Below are positions 39,514 through 53,400 of a stretch of DNA of 64,000 nt, piece after piece. The stretch's first letter is position 1, and each line of letters starts with the position of its first letter. Position numbers and translations under genes: made by a program. The stretch comes from Lingula anatina (Eukaryota > Animalia > Brachiopoda): the NCBI GenBank assembly GCA_051362555.1, contig CM120640.1:37219967-37283966 (forward strand), written 5' to 3'. Below the pieces are notes generated by a model. The model was not told the origin of the DNA and did not search any database. It saw only the letters and a list, made by a program, of their open reading frames with translations.

Positions 39514-42500
39514 CTAATTTTCCATCTTCACCAATCCTTGCTCCAATTCTTTCATTATTCTTAGACACAGTTCTTCTTGGAATGGAAGAGTTGCACACTG
39601 TACAGTGACAGGCAATCCCTCACTGCCTTCACAACCCTGAAACAGAAATACTATCTTTCTCACAGCTGAAGATTTTTTGATTTTCAAAAGACAAAAATCA
39701 TCATGCCCTATGATTTGGTGAAGGAAGAATCCACTTTGTATCCTTCAAATAAAATAATGACAAAGTGTAATTTCTGCCCACATTTGGTTAATGAGAAGGC
39801 ATTCAATACCACATTACACCATCAGATGATACAGAACCTTGAATAAATGAAAATAATTTTGGATAATGACTTCATTCATAGCATGTCGATCACAAGGTTG
39901 GGTTCATCTACATGACAAATGTGCTCAATTTACTGTACAGTGGTTTGCATTTAACACTTTTACTAAATATTCAGATCAATCACTTAATGTATTAACTCAT
40001 CTAATTTTTATATAACTGTTTTGGTAATTAGCTAATGACTTCACTTGATTTCTTCTGAACTGTTTCTTAGCAATTAACCTGATAATATGAATCACTATAT
40101 TACAGCTATGATGAACTATTGTCAACAGAATTATTTACCCTTTTCACCACTTTTTCATATTTGGAATTTGGCTTGTATTGCTTCAGTTTTTCTTCATCGT
40201 TTGCTGTCACTTTGGTGACAGGAATGATGCCTGTTGGGTAGTTAAGCAAGTTGAACAACCAACTGAACCTCTCTATGCCTGAAAGATGTGAAAATGATGT
40301 GGATTTTAAAAAACAACATAAAATAAAAAGGTATGCAAGTATGCTTAAAAATGCACTACAAAGTCATTAAATGGATAAAACTACTTCTTGTCAGATGCAG
40401 TTACAACATCATACATCTTCAATCAAATTTATCATATTCTGATGATTTAATTAGAAAAAAAAAACAACTTTAATGGCTTCAAATCAGATTACATTCCAAT
40501 CAAGTCAATGTTGATAACAGTACAACCCAGCACCTAAATGAGTAACAACATATTTTTTTGTACATTAAAAAAAAAATATTACTAAGAAATTCGAAGTTTA
40601 TTTTGCTTTATAGCCCTAACTGATGCTATGACTGCCATTAAAACAGGCTCAACAAAAAGGTGACAAATTATCAGAACCCCACATACGTAATTTAGAAATA
40701 TTGTCTTACCAACAGAATCAGCCATGTCACCAAGAGGAAGAGCCGTACAAGAAGTGGTGGGGCAGATGACAGCATCCAATCCTTGGCTTTGCCAAGCACT
40801 TTGGAATTCTCCTTTCCATGCCTTACAACAAATGTAGAGTTTTCTTTGAAAATTTGGACATTTCCAGTTCTGACTGAATGGTTTAAGATACCAGAGTATA
40901 TCCCCCCACAAACACACTTGTATAGAAAAAATTGTAAAATGAACTAACAATATGTGAATTTGCACTAAAAAGTTACCTATGAATTTTAAAAAATCTTTCA
41001 AAAGTACAAAAATGCATTTCTTTCTCTGGGAACACAGTTCAATAAAATTACATGTATAATGTTTCTTGCTTCAGTTGAAATACTGATATTTGTTTCTTCT
41101 AACAAAAATAATCACATTTTCAAACTTACATCAGCTTCTTTACCATAGGAAAACCATTCATACATAGAACTGAAAAAAAAACACAAACAGACTAGAAAAA
41201 TGACAAATATACACAGACCTAACAGAGAAAAAAAAACATTCTCACTGCTTTATTTTAACATAAAGAGGCAAATTTCAATTAATGGTACAATTAAAAGACA
41301 TTGTTCAGTATTTCAATAAGTATGACATTCATTACAATTTTTTTGCAAATTACTACTGTCAAAAAACTTTCAGACTGCCTGAAAAAATCAATACCTGAAG
41401 GGTTTACTGGCATATAAAAACTTGGACATTAGACCGTCCTGCATAAAGAAAAGAAATTATCATATAAAAAACAGTTTTGAAAGCATTACAGAGTTGTAGG
41501 AAATTTTTTCTCAGAAATATGGCAATAGACCCCAACAGGTTGTATTAATTTCTGAATAACTGAAATAATCATACCATTATCAAAAAGGAAGACTTTTGTG
41601 TTTATTCAACTGTAAACAGAAAAGGAAAAAATCAATTAATGAGAAAACATTCATTTATTGAGATATTTTACTGACATCAATATGATCGGATACAGACAAC
41701 AGAGTGCCTATCTGTGAATAGTTCACTTGTTTAGAAGTTCTTACCACTGGCTTTACCAGTACTGCCAAAACACTCCTAATGAAATAAGGTATCTTGAGAA
41801 AAATGTGATGGGCGATACATGTATCTCTTTTGTCCCCATAACTGAAATATAGAAAATAGAGTGGTTCATTTTATACTGAAATTCAAAAGTTACCTGGTGA
41901 ATTATAACAAATAACAATTTTTAAAATCTTTTACTTAAAAATATTATGTCTAAATATCACTCAAGTTATCATGTACTGTTTTGCCCTGGCTTATGACTAA
42001 AGATTTTGCATTTATTTTATTAAACCATTCTCTTTGTCAATAAAATACTGATTATATTTTTATCAATTTGGTCTTGAAAAAAATTAATGTAGAGTGAGTT
42101 GTTTAGTAACACTTCTTTGCATTTGTTATTACTTTGCTAATGATGTTGAGATCCATGCTTTTTGAAATCCTGTTCATCTGGACCTCATCCACATTTGCTC
42201 ATAACTGAATCCTGTCTGTGAATTTTAAAGCACCCTAACCCAACAGTATCAACAAAAGGGTGGGAAGACATTTTTGCTAGCACACAACAGAACTTACGAT
42301 AAAAGCAGTGTTTCCTCAAGTTGGTCAGCCAAGGCAATGCGATGAAAATACTCAAAGGCTTTAGTATGAACATCTGGAGGAGTCCATGGCAGCAGCTAGG
42401 ATAAGAAAAATCTCATTATACTAATATGTAAACTAATTGAGACCTTTTGGCTATTATTTAGATACACACACACACACACACACACACACTATCATTTACT

Positions 42501-43392
42501 CATGGTGACATTAACATTAACATCAACATTATTATAAACATCCCATAAGGACAGAAACAAGGCAGCAAAGCTGTCAAATGTACAGACAAAAAACAGAAAA
42601 TAAAGATGCAAAATAGGTCATTTTGTCAATTTTGATGCGATAATAAATAATGCTTATAATAGCACTGTCAGTCAACACTGAATTTTAATCTTGCACAACA
42701 GGTAACATGGTCAATAACAGGAGCGGACCCAGAGATATTTTCTGACAGTATTACAAAGTATCTATGTTGATCCATCCTCCATTTTGATGGTCTTCCAACA
42801 GAAAAAAATAGATACCAGTCAATATAAACTTAATAACCTGACTGTCTTCAGGAAGACCCAGAAGATGGTCCACCCCTTCAATAAAATTACAGTTTCAGGA
42901 CCATGAGAGTTCAAATTCACACTATGAAACTCTAAATATTTGAAAAATGATGACAGTGCATAAAATAATATTACATAATGTTTAAAGACATAAAAAACAA
43001 TACAACTGCTTATGTGGAAATACAGAAAATGTGCAGAGCCCCAGGCAGATGAGAGTTAAAAGTCACAAATGCAAGTGTTTGAGAAAAAATTATAAAGGAA
43101 AACATAACAAAGCTAGAAAAGCACTTTGAGAGTGCAGACCTCTGCCAAGGCAGCAATTGTTGATTATTATTGATAATTGATTGATTATTGTTCCAGACCA
43201 CCACCAAAAATTAATCATTGTCCTCTTTGGCCCACTTCCAGCAGTTCCTGAAAATTTCTGCAAAATCAGTCCATAACTTTTTGTGTTATGTGGATGACAG
43301 ACAAACAAGGGTGAAAATATGACCTCCTTGGCAGAGCTTGAGGTAAATATAATTCCAATGAAGATGCTATTCAAACTTTTAATCTTCCAGTT

Positions 43393-43447
<55 letters not shown>

Positions 43448-46400
43448 AAAACTTATTTGCAATATTAAACAAAATTTACCTGCATAATTATCACTGCTTC
43501 CTTATTATTAATCTAGCAGAGAGCTTTACCTTTGGGAGTTTACGGGGAAATATCAACAAGTGTGCTTTATGTAATCTCATTTAATGGCCTATTAAGGCAA
43601 ATGACTTTATAACTCTGAAATTAATCTAGTGATACCCAAGGGTAATTTACAGACTGACCCACTCAAAGGTCTTTCGGCCCATAAGTCACACTTTAAGAAA
43701 AGCACAAAACCATAATGCCCAAAATAGGAGACTACCAATCCTGATGCAATAATACATTATGTTTAACTGCACAGTCAACATCAACTTATGCACAACAGGT
43801 AACACAGACGAAATTAAAAGCATAAGGCTTCAGGCCCATCGGAGTTCAAGTTTATACTTAGAAAGTGCCAGAATGAGAAAAATGAAAATTTCACAAAAAA
43901 TGCATAAATTCAATAAAAATGATAATCCAATAGAGCTGGTTTTCTCATATGAGCTGAAGCCAATCCTAAAAATCATACTTGTAAGTTAAAAATGATAATA
44001 AGTAGCACAGTTTTCTTTTCATAATGTTTGCAGTAGCAGTGCAAAAAGATTGTTGTCAATTTTGATGTAACATTACATAATAAATTAGAGAATAATTATC
44101 ACCAATTTTTGTTTATTGACTATAAATAGGATGGACATGTAGAAAATATGATTACCATTCGGCTTCATGTCCATGGGAGCTCTGAGTCCCACAATGAATA
44201 TGCCAAAAAGATAATGAATATTACACTAAAATGTATAGCTTCCAGAAAAAGAAGCCAATTAGACTGCTTTTCCAACTCAGGCTGCATTTTAGTCCTGTGT
44301 TTCTTTTTTGAAAGTTTGACAGTCATAAGTAACACAGTTTCCCCATAATGGTCATCAAGGCAGCAGCACCCAAAATTGTGTTTTCTTCTATTTTGATGCA
44401 ACATTACATAATGCTTAACGGCATAATGACCATCGATTTTTAATAATAAAATATAAGTGTCATGAATTTTCAGAAAATGTGACTAGCATGGGTCTTCAAG
44501 CCCGTGGAGGTTCTAAGTCATACATTGAAAATGCCAATATGTGAAAAATTAAATTTTCACAAAAAAACTGCTTAACTACCAGAAAAATTTACCAAACAGA
44601 CTGCATTGCCTACTGAAGCTGTATTTTAGTCCCATGTTTCTTTCCTGTAAGTTTGAGAACAGTAAGTGACATAACTTTCATTAAATGGTCATCATGGGAG
44701 CAGTGCCCAAAATAGGGGTTTCTTCAAATTTTGATGCAATATTACATAATGTTTTACAGCATAATAACCATCCATTTTTCATAACAAATTATACCTGTCA
44801 TGGATTTTAAGAAAATGTGACTAGCATGGGTCTTCAAGCCCGTGGAGGTTCTAAGTCACATCTTGGAAATGCCAATAAGTAAAAAATTAAATTTTCACAA
44901 AAAACTGTTTAATTGCCAGAAAAATTTACCAAACAGACTGCATTGTCTACTGAAGCTGTACTTTAGACCCATGTTTCTTTCCTGTAAGTTTGAGAACAGT
45001 AATTGACATGATTTTCCTTAAATGGTCATCATGGGAGCAGTGCCCAAAATAGGGGTTTCTTCAAATTTTGATGCAACATTACATAATGTTTTGCAGCATA
45101 ATGACCATCAATTTTTAATTATAAAATATTAGTATCATGGTTATTCAGAAAATGTGACTAGCAAAAGTCTTCAGGCCCATGGAACTTTAAAGTCACATAT
45201 TGAAAATGCCAAAATGTAAACAAGACAGCACTGTTCTGAAATGGGTTTATTTCCATTTTTAACACTATTTTAACATAAAACAAAATAAACAGTTTACTGC
45301 CATTTTATATGACCAATGAAGAAAATTGATGAGATGGGAAAAGTATCAATAGAACAGTGTTAAATGTCCAACTTCCTCCATTCTGAGATTCTGAACATAG
45401 TGGATGAATGCATCTGACAAACTGCAATGATATGAGTTTATTTCCATTTTTGACACTTTATTACACAATACACGATAACAAGTTTACCATCATTTTTACA
45501 TAATCAGCTAAAAATGTTGTAAAGATGCAGGAAATATCAAACAATCACTTTTACATTTCTTATTAGTTCAATTATGAGACTGTTAACATGCCTAAGAATT
45601 GAATCTGTGGAATTGTGAAAAAACAGCATAACTCCTAAAATAATGGCCCGATTATACTGATTTTTGAACTCAACCTGCATTTTAGTAAGATTGACCACTC
45701 CTGTGAGTACAATGACAATTGGCCAATCTGTTTTTCTTATATTGTGTTTACGGTGTTGCATATATGCTGAAAAAAGTGAAAAAAAAAGCATAACTTCCCT
45801 AAAAATTACCCGATCATGCTGATTTTCGAACTTGACCGGCGAATTATGAATATTCATCAGTTCTGTAAGTTTCAAACCAAAATGTAATACAGTTTTTCAC
45901 TTATCGTGTTTACGGTGTTGCATATATGCTGAACAAGACAGCACTGTTCTGAAATGGGTTTATTTCCATTTTTAACACTTTTTTAACATAAAACAAAATA
46001 AACATTTTACTGCCATTTTTATATGACCAACTAAAAAAATTGATGAAATGGGAAAAGTATCAATAGAACAGTGTTAAATGTCCAATTTCCTCCATTCTGA
46101 GATTCTGAACATAGTGGATGATTGAATCTGACAAACTGCAATGATATGAGTTTATTTCCATTTTTGACACTTTATTACAGAATACATGATAACAAGTTTA
46201 CCATGTTTTTTACATAATCAACTAACAATGTTGTAAAGATGCAGGAAATATCAAACAAACACTTTTAGGCATCTTATTAGTTAAATAATGAGACTGTTAA
46301 CATGCTTAAGAATTGAATCTGAGGAAATGTGAAAAAAACAGTATAACTTCTAAAATAATGGCCCGATTATGCTGATTTTCGAACTCAACCTGCGTTTTAG

Positions 46401-46960
46401 TAAGATTGACCACTCCTGTGAGTATAATTACAATTGGCCAATCCGTTTTTCTTATATTGTGTTATCAGTGTTGCATTTATATTGAAAATAGTGAAAAAAC
46501 AGCATAAATTCCCTCAAAATAGCCCAATCATGCTGATTTTCGAACTTGACCTGCGTATTATGAATATTCATCAGTTCTGTAAGTTTCAAGTCAAAAGGTA
46601 AAATGGTTTTCCACTTATCGTGTTATCGGTGCTGCATATATGCTGAAAAAAGTGAAAAAACTGCATAAATTCCCTAAAAGTGACCCGATCATGCTGATTT
46701 TCGAACTTGACCTGCGTATTATGAATATTCATCAGTTCTGTAAGTTTCAAGTCAAAAGGTAAAATGGTTTTCCACTTATCATGTTATCGGTGCTGCATAT
46801 ATGTTGAAAAAAGTGAAAAAACAGCATAAATTCCCTAAGAGTGACCCGATCATGCTGATTTTCGAACTTGACCTGCGTATTATGAATATTCATCAGTTCT
46901 GCAAGTTTCAAATCAAAAGGCAAAATGGTTTTCCACTTATCGTGTTATCGGTAAAAGTGC

Positions 46961-46991
<31 letters not shown>

Positions 46992-49900
46992 CAGACGCAG
47001 ATGATGGCTATATGTACAGACACATCTGTGTCTGTACATAAAAAAATCAAAAGTGAAACACCCCAATTTCTTAATTTTCATGTTACAATGCACAAGTCTA
47101 AGGCCATTTTTCACACCAAGTGATGCAGTTTTCTGTACCACACCAATATGATCAGTGCTACATATAGCATGTAATTATACCATGAGGTTATTTACTTCCT
47201 ATCACAAGTCCAAATGAACTTTTCAACCTTAACCCAGTTAACTGACCATACCAGGCATTACATAGAGGCTCTGTTTCAGTTGCTCTCTAAGAGCATATTC
47301 AGATTCAGGCATTGTACCAGGATCGATCTAACTATGCGGGGATTCTCACTAGAGTGTAATCAATGTAATCAGCTTAATTGTCTAACACACCTCCTCAAAC
47401 AGCTAAGGGGTAACTTAGCCAAGTGCTCACAGAAGTAAATTACCCCCTAGCTGCTCTAGGAGGCATATCAGACAATTAAGATGATTACACTGATTGCAAT
47501 TCAGCAAGGATTGCCTGCAGAGTTGGATCGATCCAGCTGGTAGGATGTCTGAATATGAACATACTAGTAATAGTCAGGTTATTTAGTTGTGAATCTATCA
47601 AAATGGGTTGTACAGTAAAACTGTGCCCCTCCATTTGACAAAACTGCTGCTTTGGTCTTGTACACTTGTACATACCAGATGTCCTTTTTTCTCAAGGACA
47701 CTTTTGGCCAGCTGGACTGCTCTCTGCACTGCTGGCATTGCATCTCCGCCTCCATCATTCCAGTAATATCCTATCTTCAGAGGTCTACTGCTTTCATAGA
47801 TCTGGCATGAAAATGATAACACACAATAAAATACCTGAGACAAATGGAATATAAACCAAAGGAAACAAACTAAGGGGTTCATCCCTTAAATACTCCTCCA
47901 GGAAATGTACCTATAATTACCAACAACTTTGGGAAATGTGCTACTCCAAAAACTTTGGAGTTCAGGATGCGGGGACTGTGGCAGTTCAGCCAATGTTATA
48001 AATTTTAAATTTTGTCATCGACTAAATAATTAAATGCCCCTACTTTAAAAAGATGATAATAAATATGATTAACCCAATTTTCATTGTAAAACAATTCTTC
48101 AACATACTGTACATGCATATTCAAAAATATTTCCCCTTACCTCATCTCTAAATGGAATTGGTGGGATGTAAGAGTCCAGCTCAAACATGTCTGGACACAA
48201 CAAGGCCTTCATGATGACCACCAGACTGTCCACATCTCTGCCCATTGGCCCCACACAAAACTGTACTGAAATTGGAGCCATTTAAAATGTATACAATATT
48301 TTGTTATTAAAGGTTTCATTGATTTAGCTACAGTGTAAGTATTTTCAATAGAAATGTAGTTCTTTGGTCAGTATAGTTTGAGAAACAGCTGGTACTTTAC
48401 AGTTTATATCTCAAGCACATATTAATGAAATCATGTCTACATTTCTATACAATATTGAAAGGAAAAGAATATCAAACTTTTTCATGCTGTAACAATGTCT
48501 GTTTTAGATGTGTTGCCATTTTTTGTGGTGTTAGGGCACTAATTATGTTAACTGTCCCCTATTAGTACCTGTATTAGTATTAGTATGTACTGTATTAGTA
48601 CCTGTACGTATGAAGCAGATCAGTGACTTCTATAAATAGTATCAGCAGTTGTGGTAATCTTGTAGCAATCATGTTGGAAGTGTTGTTTCTTACTGTCAGG
48701 TGAGTCATACTGTCAGATGTTTTATACAGAGTTCATTTCTAACCCACTTACAGTGTTTGTTTCCTGACATCTGTGGGTGGTTCCCTTTGTTGCTGAAATA
48801 TCACAAATAATATTTGCTGGTAATTACGCTAAATATTCTATTTCTTTAATTTAAACTCTTTATATATAAAATGTGCTTGACAATAACCTGTTTTATATGA
48901 ATTTATATTTCAAATCATTAGAAAAAAAAACCTATAAAAAATTAACTGAAAAATTTTGACAGCTGAAATGAAATATTTTCATAATTAAGCCATCCCAAAC
49001 CTTATTCTGTCCCATGAGGGTTTGAGTCCATACACTCCACAGAAAGCACATGGCACTCGTATGCTTGAACCAACGTCTGTTCCCAGTCCCACAATGCTGG
49101 CCCCTGCTGCCACAGCACTTCCTTCACCACCAGAGGAGCCGCCAGTCGCACGCGTCACATCATGTGGGTTTTTAGTCAAACCATATATTGGGTTGCTGCA
49201 GACGCCAGTTCTAATGTATAACAAATGTTACAGTTTGAGTGGAGAAAAAAGTTTGACTTGCTCACACAGGCACAATTGATCTTTAGGGAAAAATGGACCT
49301 CTTTCAAACCACTGAGCTAAGAAATCGAGAGAGAGAGAAAGAGAAAAGAGGAAAATGGCATACTTCAAAGCACTTACGACACTAAGGTTTGTGGGACATT
49401 AGTCTTCATAAATGGAATGGCTCCTTGTCTTTTCAACACCTGAAAATGATATTCATTTTATGTAGATTATTCTATGGAACAATTCACTCACTAATCATCC
49501 AGGAATTACATGAGAATCTTGGAATAATATAGCCTTACCCTTTACTCAATCTACTGCATTCAAAAGTCTGTGACACAGTTAAGCTAGCATACAAAGGTCC
49601 TAAATGCCCAGTTGTACAATCATCTTCAGGTCTTTTAGTAAGATTTTATTGAAACTGAGAGAAAACCTAAAGCTTTAACTGAAGAACAACACTGCATAAA
49701 ATATATGTACCAATTACAGTCTTTAAATTTTATACAAAATGGAAAAATTAAAGAAAGAACTGCTTAAGTTGCAAGTGCAAGTTATATGTTGATTTTTTCT
49801 GTGTAAACTGTTACGCTGGAAATGATTAAAAAAACATGCACTCCCCACACATAACATACAGTGAAGGTGGAAGTGCACTAGTATAACTTTAATTGAAAAT

Positions 49901-50378
49901 TTATTCTTGAAGTCACAAATGAGGGAAAATACCTTGACAACTGCAGAGTCCTCTTCCCAGGGTCTGTCTATCCAGTTGGCACAACCTAGTGTACAGTCAT
50001 AGCCCTGAAATATGTAACATACAGAACTGTCTGTTTTTAACATAGCACCTCTTTAAGTAGTATAATCATATGTGTGTGCCTGTGTGTGCACCCAGGCATG
50101 TATTAACTGCAGCATGCTGTTAAGGAAAAGTATTGACAAAGTCCTATCAAGGCAGACATTCTTCAAAGAAAAACGTGATGTGTTTCAAAATAAAGGAAAT
50201 ATTCAACAAGTAGTCAGACTAACCTTTACTCCAATACTCTCTTTGATACTGACAGGTAAACCATGCAGTGGTCCTTTCTTGACTGCAGCATCACAGGTCT
50301 GGGCAGCAGCCTACAAGGACAAGAGCATCCTACATGCTGTTCATTTATCTTTATCTTTTTCTAATAACAGAACCTGCT

Positions 50379-50422
<44 letters not shown>

Positions 50423-53400
50423 TGTGCACGTGCACGTGCATGCATGTACGCTACACGGTTTAAAAGAAGACCATAACATGTGTACTGTACAATTTTAAAA
50501 ATTTATAATAAGTACCCTACTTAGCTTAAAAATTTACCATCATCTTTCTATAGAAAAAAAGGAAAAGATCCAAGAAATTAGTTAAAATTGCTTTATCCTA
50601 ATTATCAAACATCTCATAACATCTCCCAGTCTAGTGGACATCTTACCTCAGCTTCCACAATTGGTGTACTGATGAAATTCAAATCCTTGTCACATTCAAG
50701 GGCCTGCAAAAGAATGGAAAATAGGATTTTTAAAAGCCATATCATTCCAACACTGAAGATGTGATCTTAGTTTATGACTCGACTAATAACATTATGAAAA
50801 CAAACTAACAGAGAAAGGAAGAAAATTCTTGAAGATTCTAAATCAACAAATCCATATCTTTAATACCCCAATATATAGTTACAGGCAAAATAAACATATA
50901 CAATGGGTATGATATTATAGACATATGAATTCTATAAGTAATCCTCAGTGATTAGTCAGATTTTTCGGTATGTTTCATTACTTCAAAACTTATTTGCTCT
51001 TCCCAGAATACTGATCATGCACAGCTATCTGTGAGACCAAAGTCAGGCATGAATTAACTGCCTCAAGGTTTCACATTCTGACTGACACCTGGTTTGTTAC
51101 TGAGCATCAAGCAAATTCCCATTTCTCACAGTCTGAGTTGGTCGTAATTAAACAATGTCAGTCCTGCTCAAATGCCTTCAAAAAGCCCTGTTCCAGTGAA
51201 TGAAGCTATTGGTCTTTTGGTATGTGGCTCTAACTCCACCAGGACTCTCGCTGAATGCAATCAGTGCATCAGATTAGGAGATTAGGTCCTATTTAGTGTC
51301 TCTGATGTGTGAAACTTATGCTAACAGTAAATTAGCCTTTTTCATCTTTTCCGGAAATGGAAATTGCATTGTGGGTAGGGGAGCCCTGCTACGTCGAAAC
51401 ACTTACAGTGGTGCTTAAAACCATGGCTGGGTTTACGTGCTTTTTGTCCCGCTACTACAATAACAGTAAGCGAGATCGACACATGAGGTTTAATAAGTTC
51501 CCAACAAACCCGTTAGAATGAAAAATATGGTAGAAAGAAAGGAAAATATAGCAAGTTTGGATCAAAAGCAGGGCACCGCATTTGCCCTGAACATTTCGAA
51601 GGCGGGAAGAAAAACTATAATATTAGGAGATCAACGGTGCTTTAATAAAAAACAGAAATGCTTAGTTAAACAACGGATATAAAGAACTATCGGCAAATAG
51701 AACTCGGGGTAAAAAATGCGAGAAAAAAAAACATTATAAAGATTTGAAGAAAAAATTGAAGAAAAGGCCGGGGCCTAAAAATTAAGAAAAGACTTCAAGC
51801 ATGAGATTATGGAAAAAGAAAGTAAAAGCTTTGAAGTTTTACACGGGGATTCTACTTACAAAAAATTCAAGAACTTTCACGACTTTTTGTGTAACAACAA
51901 AGAGAAGGTTTGAAAAGTTTTGTATGTAATATCCTTTTTGTGTGTGTTTTATTGATAAGTGATCATTTTAAATGTTGTAGGCCCATCACAGGTTTTAGTC
52001 TCTAATAACCCTTAGCAGGGTGGGTTCTATTTTTTTTTAACGTGAGACGTTAATAAAATTTTTATTATTATGTATTCAGTCCTGTATACGTATTACTGAT
52101 TTGTACAAACGGGGCTCATATTATCAAGATCAACAGAGACATACGAAGAAGAAAGTACATCGGCTCTTGTTGAATGCATTATCAGCGAAATAAAAAGTTA
52201 TTTATTTCTGAACTCAATGACAAGAGAATTGGAAAATTCAATGGGCATATTTTTACAAAAAATGCAGAAAAGCCTTTCTGTAAGCTACACGTACATAATA
52301 CATGTATGGTAAAGACAAAATGGATAATAAACATAATCCAACAACGTATTTGTAAAGTAATACAAATATGCTTAGTATTAAAGTAGGCCTACGTATATTT
52401 GACTGTCTTAGATAGTTGAAAAGTATGAAATGTGTGGGAAACACTTTATTTGAATGTTTTAATTGTCTGTGATTGAAAGCGATGAAAATACGCATAAAAA
52501 CGTTTAAAAATCAAATAATTTGGGCTCTTGCTATAATTTTGTTTTTGTTTCAGATTGACAAAATTTTCATACTTGTCAGACCGAAAGGCTGACATTTTTT
52601 ACCTGTCGTAAATTTTGTGCATATACTAGAGTAAGACACGGTAAACTTTAATTATCGTCTGGGAAAGAGTCGAGAATTCCTGTCTCACCTATTTAACACT
52701 TTAACATTTAAGGTTTTAATTACAGAGGAAAGGTCGTAGTTGTGGCCGCCCGCCTTACTGAACAATTGAACAAGTAACACCTGATGCCTTATCAGGTACC
52801 AAACGATTTAATCAGTTCACCGACGAACGATCTGCGTGTCAGTTTTACCTGTATACACAGTATTTACGAGTCAAACAATGCAGGAAATCTTTTCATTTTA
52901 TCACTTTAAAAATCTCTTAAGATATCCTTCAAACAAGACATAAAAATCGTAATGAATTGACACTGCCGGTACATGAGGTGATATCGCCACAGCTTGCATA
53001 CAACATGTACAAAATTGTGAAGACGTAGGCCTGCGCACCTGTCCACACTCTTGAAAGCTGTGTACGAGTCTACTGGCTATTTTGATTTTATATATAAAAA
53101 AATAACGAGTCTCTTTCGCATATCTTTATTATCGGAAGCATTTAAAAGAAGTCCGTAGCTTTAGTTCGTCATCACTATTGAAAGTGCAGCCAAGGCTCGG
53201 ACGCTTAGGTGAAGTCTAGTTGTAAAGCGCATCGTATTTAAACTGAGAAAGAAAATATTTAATTGCTTGATTCTCCGTCCAAATAGCTGTTTCTTGCCTA
53301 CAGTTTACGCATTTCTGTGCTTCAGCCACCTTTTTAGTTTGACAGAAAGCAATGCACGCTTCATACGACCTTTTTATATGCGCACCTTGTACATCATCTA

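Noticed and set aside
45537-47141. ORFs of 67-112 aa in FAAH intron 10
   Set aside because: Open frames across non-coding tandem core repeats; no transposase or Rep/helicase motifs.
49022-49279. Plus-strand ORF overlapping FAAH exon 7 (similarly 63386-63604 over DMRT and 13977-14296 over paralog B)
   Set aside because: Antisense shadows of GC-richer real exons.
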